Positions 60,622 through 64,000 of a DNA stretch of 64,000 bases are shown piece after piece (position 1 is the stretch's first letter; each line of letters starts with the position of its first letter). The DNA is from an uncultured Gemmatimonadaceae bacterium (GTDB lineage Bacteria > Gemmatimonadota > Gemmatimonadetes > Gemmatimonadales > Gemmatimonadaceae). The stretch spans positions 384,001 to 448,000 of the forward strand of contig CAWAGQ010000013.1 in the NCBI GenBank assembly GCA_963781585.1, in the 5' to 3' direction. A program made the translations under genes and the position numbers. The notes under the pieces were generated by a model. It did not search any database, was not told the DNA's origin, and was given only the letters and a program-made list of their open reading frames with translations.

Positions 60622-62422
60622 CGTGATCAACGACTTCTGCTTCAAGATCGCGACCGTGAACGGCACCGGCTCCGCCAGTGCCAACGGACTCCTCATGCAG
60701 GCGATCTTCCGCATGGGAATCCCGGTGGTCGGGAAGAATGTCTTTCCGTCGAACATCCAGGGTCTGCCCACCTGGTACGAGATCCGGGTGAACAAGGACG
60801 GCTACACGGCCCGGACCGCCCCGTTCGATCTCATGGTGGCGATGAATCCGTCCACCTACGCGCGGGACGTGGCCGACATCCGTCCCAGCGGCTGGCTGCT
60901 CTACGACTCCTCGTGGCCGATGCCGAAGGAACTGCTGCGCGACGACGTCATCGTGCTGGGCGTCCCATTCGGCCAGATGTGCAACGAGACGTTCCAGGGC
61001 GATCGCGAGCGCACGCTGATGAAGAACATCGCCTGCGCGGGCGCGCTGGCGGCGCTGCTCGACATCGACATGGACGTGGTCCAGGAGATGCTGGAGGAGA
61101 AGTTCGCCCGCAAGAAGAGCCTGCTCGAGTCGAACCACAAGGCGATCCGGCTCGGCTACGACTACGCGACGGCGCACTTCGCCTGTCCACTGCCGATCCG
61201 TCTGGAGCGCATGGACGCCACCAGGGACAATATCCTGATCGACGGCAACACGGCCGCCGCGTTAGGCTGTGTCTACGCCGGCGCCACCGTCGGCGCCTGG
61301 TATCCGATCACCCCGGCCACCTCGCTGATGGAGAACTTCAAGGCCTTCTGCGAGCGTTTCCGTGTGGAACCGGAGACCGGCAAGCGCAGATTCTGTATCG
61401 TGCAGGCGGAAGACGAGCTGGCCGCGGCCGGAATCGTCATCGGCGCCGGCTGGATGGGTGCCCGTGCCTTCACGCCCACCGCCGGGCCGGGCATCTCGCT
61501 CATGAGCGAGTTCGTCGGCCTCGCGTATTACGCCGAGGTCCCGGCTGTGTTCTTCGATGTGCAGCGCACCGGCCCGTCCACCGGCATGCCGACGCGCACC
61601 CAGCAGGCCGACCTCCTCTCGATCGCGTTCCTCTCCCACGGCGACACGCGCCACATCGCCCTCTTCCCGTCGTCGCCCGAAGACTGCTTCTACATGGCGG
61701 GCCAGGCCTTCGACCTGGCCGAGCGATTCCAGACCCCGGTGTTCGTGGTCTCCGACCTGGATATCGGGATGAACGACTGGATGTGCCGGCGCCTCACCTG
61801 GGACGACAGCTATCGACCCGATCGCGGCAAGGTCCTGTCGGCCGAAGAGCTCGACCAGCTCCCGCGGTTCTACCGATACCTGTCGAACAACGGCGACGGT
61901 GTGGCGGCCCGCACACTTCCAGGCGTCCACCCCAAGGGAGCGTATTTCACGCGGGGGTCGGGGCACAACAAGTTCGGCGCGTACACCGAGGACGACGCCG
62001 AGTACCGGGAGGTCGTCGACCGGCTGGCCCGCAAGCTCGACGCGGCGGCGCGGGCCGTGCCTGAGCCGGAGATCATCCGGCAGGACGGCGCGGAAGTCGG
62101 CGTGATCACGATCGGGAGTTGCCGCGGCGCGGTGCTCGAGGGACTCGACCGGCTGCGCGAACGCGGTGTCGCACTCGACTTCATGCGCGTCCGGGCGTTC
62201 CCGTTCGGTCCGGCCGTGCTCTCGTTCGTGCACTCGCACGAGCGGTGCATCGTGATCGAGCAGAATCGTGACGGACAGCTCCGGTCACTCCTGCTGCTCG
62301 ACAGCGGGGTGGCGGGAGAACGGCTGCTCTCGGTGCGCGACTACGGTGGATTCCCGCTCGGCACCAATCGTGTCATTGAAGGCATCGTGGGCGAGCTCGA
62401 AGGAGTGGGAGTGCACGCATGA
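60608..62422 (+). CDS. korA: 2-oxoacid:acceptor oxidoreductase alpha subunit (gamma-alpha fusion)
   Basis: NGTGSAS, YPITP, QAEDELAA, TAGPGISLMSE, QRTGPSTGMPTRTQQAD, EQNRDGQ. Confidence 0.92.
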   Translation: MVNPDVINDFCFKIATVNGTGSASANGLLMQAIFRMGIPVVGKNVFPSNIQGLPTWYEIRVNKDGYTARTAPFDLMVAMNPSTYARDVADIRPSGWLLYDSSWPMPKELLRDDVIVLGVPFGQMCNETFQGDRERTLMKNIACAGALAALLDIDMDVVQEMLEEKFARKKSLLESNHKAIRLGYDYATAHFACPLPIRLERMDATRDNILIDGNTAAALGCVYAGATVGAWYPITPATSLMENFKAFCERFRVEPETGKRRFCIVQAEDELAAAGIVIGAGWMGARAFTPTAGPGISLMSEFVGLAYYAEVPAVFFDVQRTGPSTGMPTRTQQADLLSIAFLSHGDTRHIALFPSSPEDCFYMAGQAFDLAERFQTPVFVVSDLDIGMNDWMCRRLTWDDSYRPDRGKVLSAEELDQLPRFYRYLSNNGDGVAARTLPGVHPKGAYFTRGSGHNKFGAYTEDDAEYREVVDRLARKLDAAARAVPEPEIIRQDGAEVGVITIGSCRGAVLEGLDRLRERGVALDFMRVRAFPFGPAVLSFVHSHERCIVIEQNRDGQLRSLLLLDSGVAGERLLSVRDYGGFPLGTNRVIEGIVGELEGVGVHA

Positions 62423-63474
62423 CATCGATCACCAAGCCACGGGTCCACCATCCGTCCCTCAAGCAGAACGCGCTCGGGCTCACGCGGCGCGATTACGAGG
62501 GATCGATGTCGACCCTCTGCGCCGGGTGCGGACATGACTCGATCACCGCAGCCATCGTCCAGGCGTTCTGGGAGCTGGAGATCCCGCCGCACCGGGTGGC
62601 GAAGCTCAGCGGCATCGGCTGCTCGTCGAAGACCCCGGCGTATTTCGTCTCGCAGGCGCACGGGTTCAATTCGGTGCATGGGCGCATGCCGGCGGTGGCC
62701 ACCGGCGCCAACGCCGCCCATCGCGATCTCTACTACATCGGGATCTCGGGGGACGGCGATTCGCTGTCGATCGGGCTGGGCCAGATGTGCCATGCCATTC
62801 GGCGCAACGTGCGGCTGGTGTACGTGCTGGAGAACAACGGCGTCTACGGCCTCACCAAGGGACAGTTCTCCGCCTCCGCCGACGTCGGCTCGAAATCGAA
62901 GAAGGGTGAGCCCAACGTGCAGACGCCAATCGACCCGGTTCTGCTCGGCCTCACCCTCGGCGCCACGTTCGTCGCCCGCAGCTTCTCGGGCGACAAGGCC
63001 CAGCTGGTCCCGATCCTGAAGGCCGCATTGCGTCACGGCGGGTTCGCGCTGGTGGACGTCATCTCGCCGTGCGTCACCTTCAACGATCACGAAGCGTCCA
63101 CCAAGAGCTACCTCTACACGCGACAGCACTACCACGAGGTGGCAGCGGTGGACTTCGTGCCGCTCCGGCGGGAGATCACCGCCTCATATGGAGATGGCGA
63201 TACACGCGTCGTCACGATGCACGACGGCAGCGTCGTCAAGTTCCGCAAGCTCGCCCCTGACTACGATCCGACCGATCGCGAGGCCGCATACCATTTCGTC
63301 CGGCGGGCGCACGAGAACGGCGAGGTGGTGACCGGCCTGCTCTACATCGATGAGACGGGAGCGGACATGCACGCCGTCAACAAGTCGTCCGACACGCCGC
63401 TGGTCGAGCTACCGTATGAAGCGCTCTGTCCGGGGAGTGCCGCCCTCGCGACACTGATGGAGGAGTTCCGGTGA
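62419..63474 (+). CDS. korB: 2-oxoacid:ferredoxin oxidoreductase beta subunit
   Basis: LCAGCGH, SGIGCSS, VHGRMP, GDGD TPP-binding motif, NNGVYGLTKGQFS, SPCVTFN. Confidence 0.93.
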   Translation: MTSITKPRVHHPSLKQNALGLTRRDYEGSMSTLCAGCGHDSITAAIVQAFWELEIPPHRVAKLSGIGCSSKTPAYFVSQAHGFNSVHGRMPAVATGANAAHRDLYYIGISGDGDSLSIGLGQMCHAIRRNVRLVYVLENNGVYGLTKGQFSASADVGSKSKKGEPNVQTPIDPVLLGLTLGATFVARSFSGDKAQLVPILKAALRHGGFALVDVISPCVTFNDHEASTKSYLYTRQHYHEVAAVDFVPLRREITASYGDGDTRVVTMHDGSVVKFRKLAPDYDPTDREAAYHFVRRAHENGEVVTGLLYIDETGADMHAVNKSSDTPLVELPYEALCPGSAALATLMEEFR

Positions 63475-63478
63475 GCCC

Positions 63479-63874
63479 TCAGGGCGCGCCGAGCTGGTGC
63501 AACATCACCGGCACCGCCATATAGACCCGCCCGCGCCTGATCTTGTCGTTCTGGAGGTCGTAGACGACGCAGAGGGGAACCCGCACGCTCTTCCTGGTGG
63601 GGGGAATGCCTGCGAACTCGCCGATGTGCGTCCCCACAAAGTCTCCCTCGATCGTCGCCTGCTGGTCGGCGACGATGACGTTCCGGAACTCACCGCGCGC
63701 GTCGAAGGCCACGTGGTAGATGTAGTGCAGCATTTGTCGCACCGCCTCCACGCCCCGATGCTCCTGGCCGTCGCTCATGTTGGTGAAGACCACGTCTTCG
63801 GCCATCATGCTCAGGTCGGTGTGCTGGGAGTCGATGTACTTCCGGATGGCGGCGCGTGTGCTGTCGACGGACAT
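63479..63874 (-). CDS. SnoaL-like / ester cyclase family protein
   Basis: AEDVVF, HRGVEAV, FVGTHIGEFAGIPPTRKSVRVP..VVYDL..DKI; GAGGAG RBS. Confidence 0.88.
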   Translation of the reverse strand: MSVDSTRAAIRKYIDSQHTDLSMMAEDVVFTNMSDGQEHRGVEAVRQMLHYIYHVAFDARGEFRNVIVADQQATIEGDFVGTHIGEFAGIPPTRKSVRVPLCVVYDLQNDKIRRGRVYMAVPVMLHQLGAP

Positions 63875-64000
63875 CGGAGGCTCCTCTCGAATCGCGGGTG
63901 AGGTGACGATCTGGCCGAACCACCAGGCCGAACGCGGCATGCCAGTCGCGGGCGGGCATAGCCTATCGCTTCGCAGCCGCTCCGGGAAGGCGCCGGGCAA

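Overview
High-GC (~69% by eye), gene-dense bacterial chromosomal window, most consistent with a Gemmatimonadota-like (or Acidobacteriota-like) genome. That placement is inferred from the PadR + duplicated-permease pairs, the multiple BNR/Vps10-type hydrolases and the GGRGG-rich secreted peptidases. I can support about 45 genes: an NfeD/flotillin pair, three BNR/Vps10-like beta-propeller hydrolases, S9 and M28 peptidases, a GH29 fucosidase, two duplicated MacB-type permeases, a Zn/Mn ABC module, four signalling kinases, a sigma-54 regulator and a GltD-like/KorAB operon. I found no rRNA, tRNA, CRISPR array or mobile element. Best observations: (1) a hidden OsmC/Ohr-family selenoprotein candidate whose second catalytic Cys codon is an in-frame UGA followed by a SECIS-like hairpin (56880-57332, minus strand); (2) a dispersed motif GCCTAAC(G), at least 27 exact copies on both strands, carried inside genes by rare codons; (3) a PAS kinase / receiver-thioredoxin-reductase fusion lacking CxxC / cNMP kinase cassette; (4) readable cis-elements (paired PadR operators; paired enhancer palindromes with a sigma-54-like promoter). 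Two genes carry +1 frameshifts that are probably assembly indels. All calls come from motif reading, not database searches.
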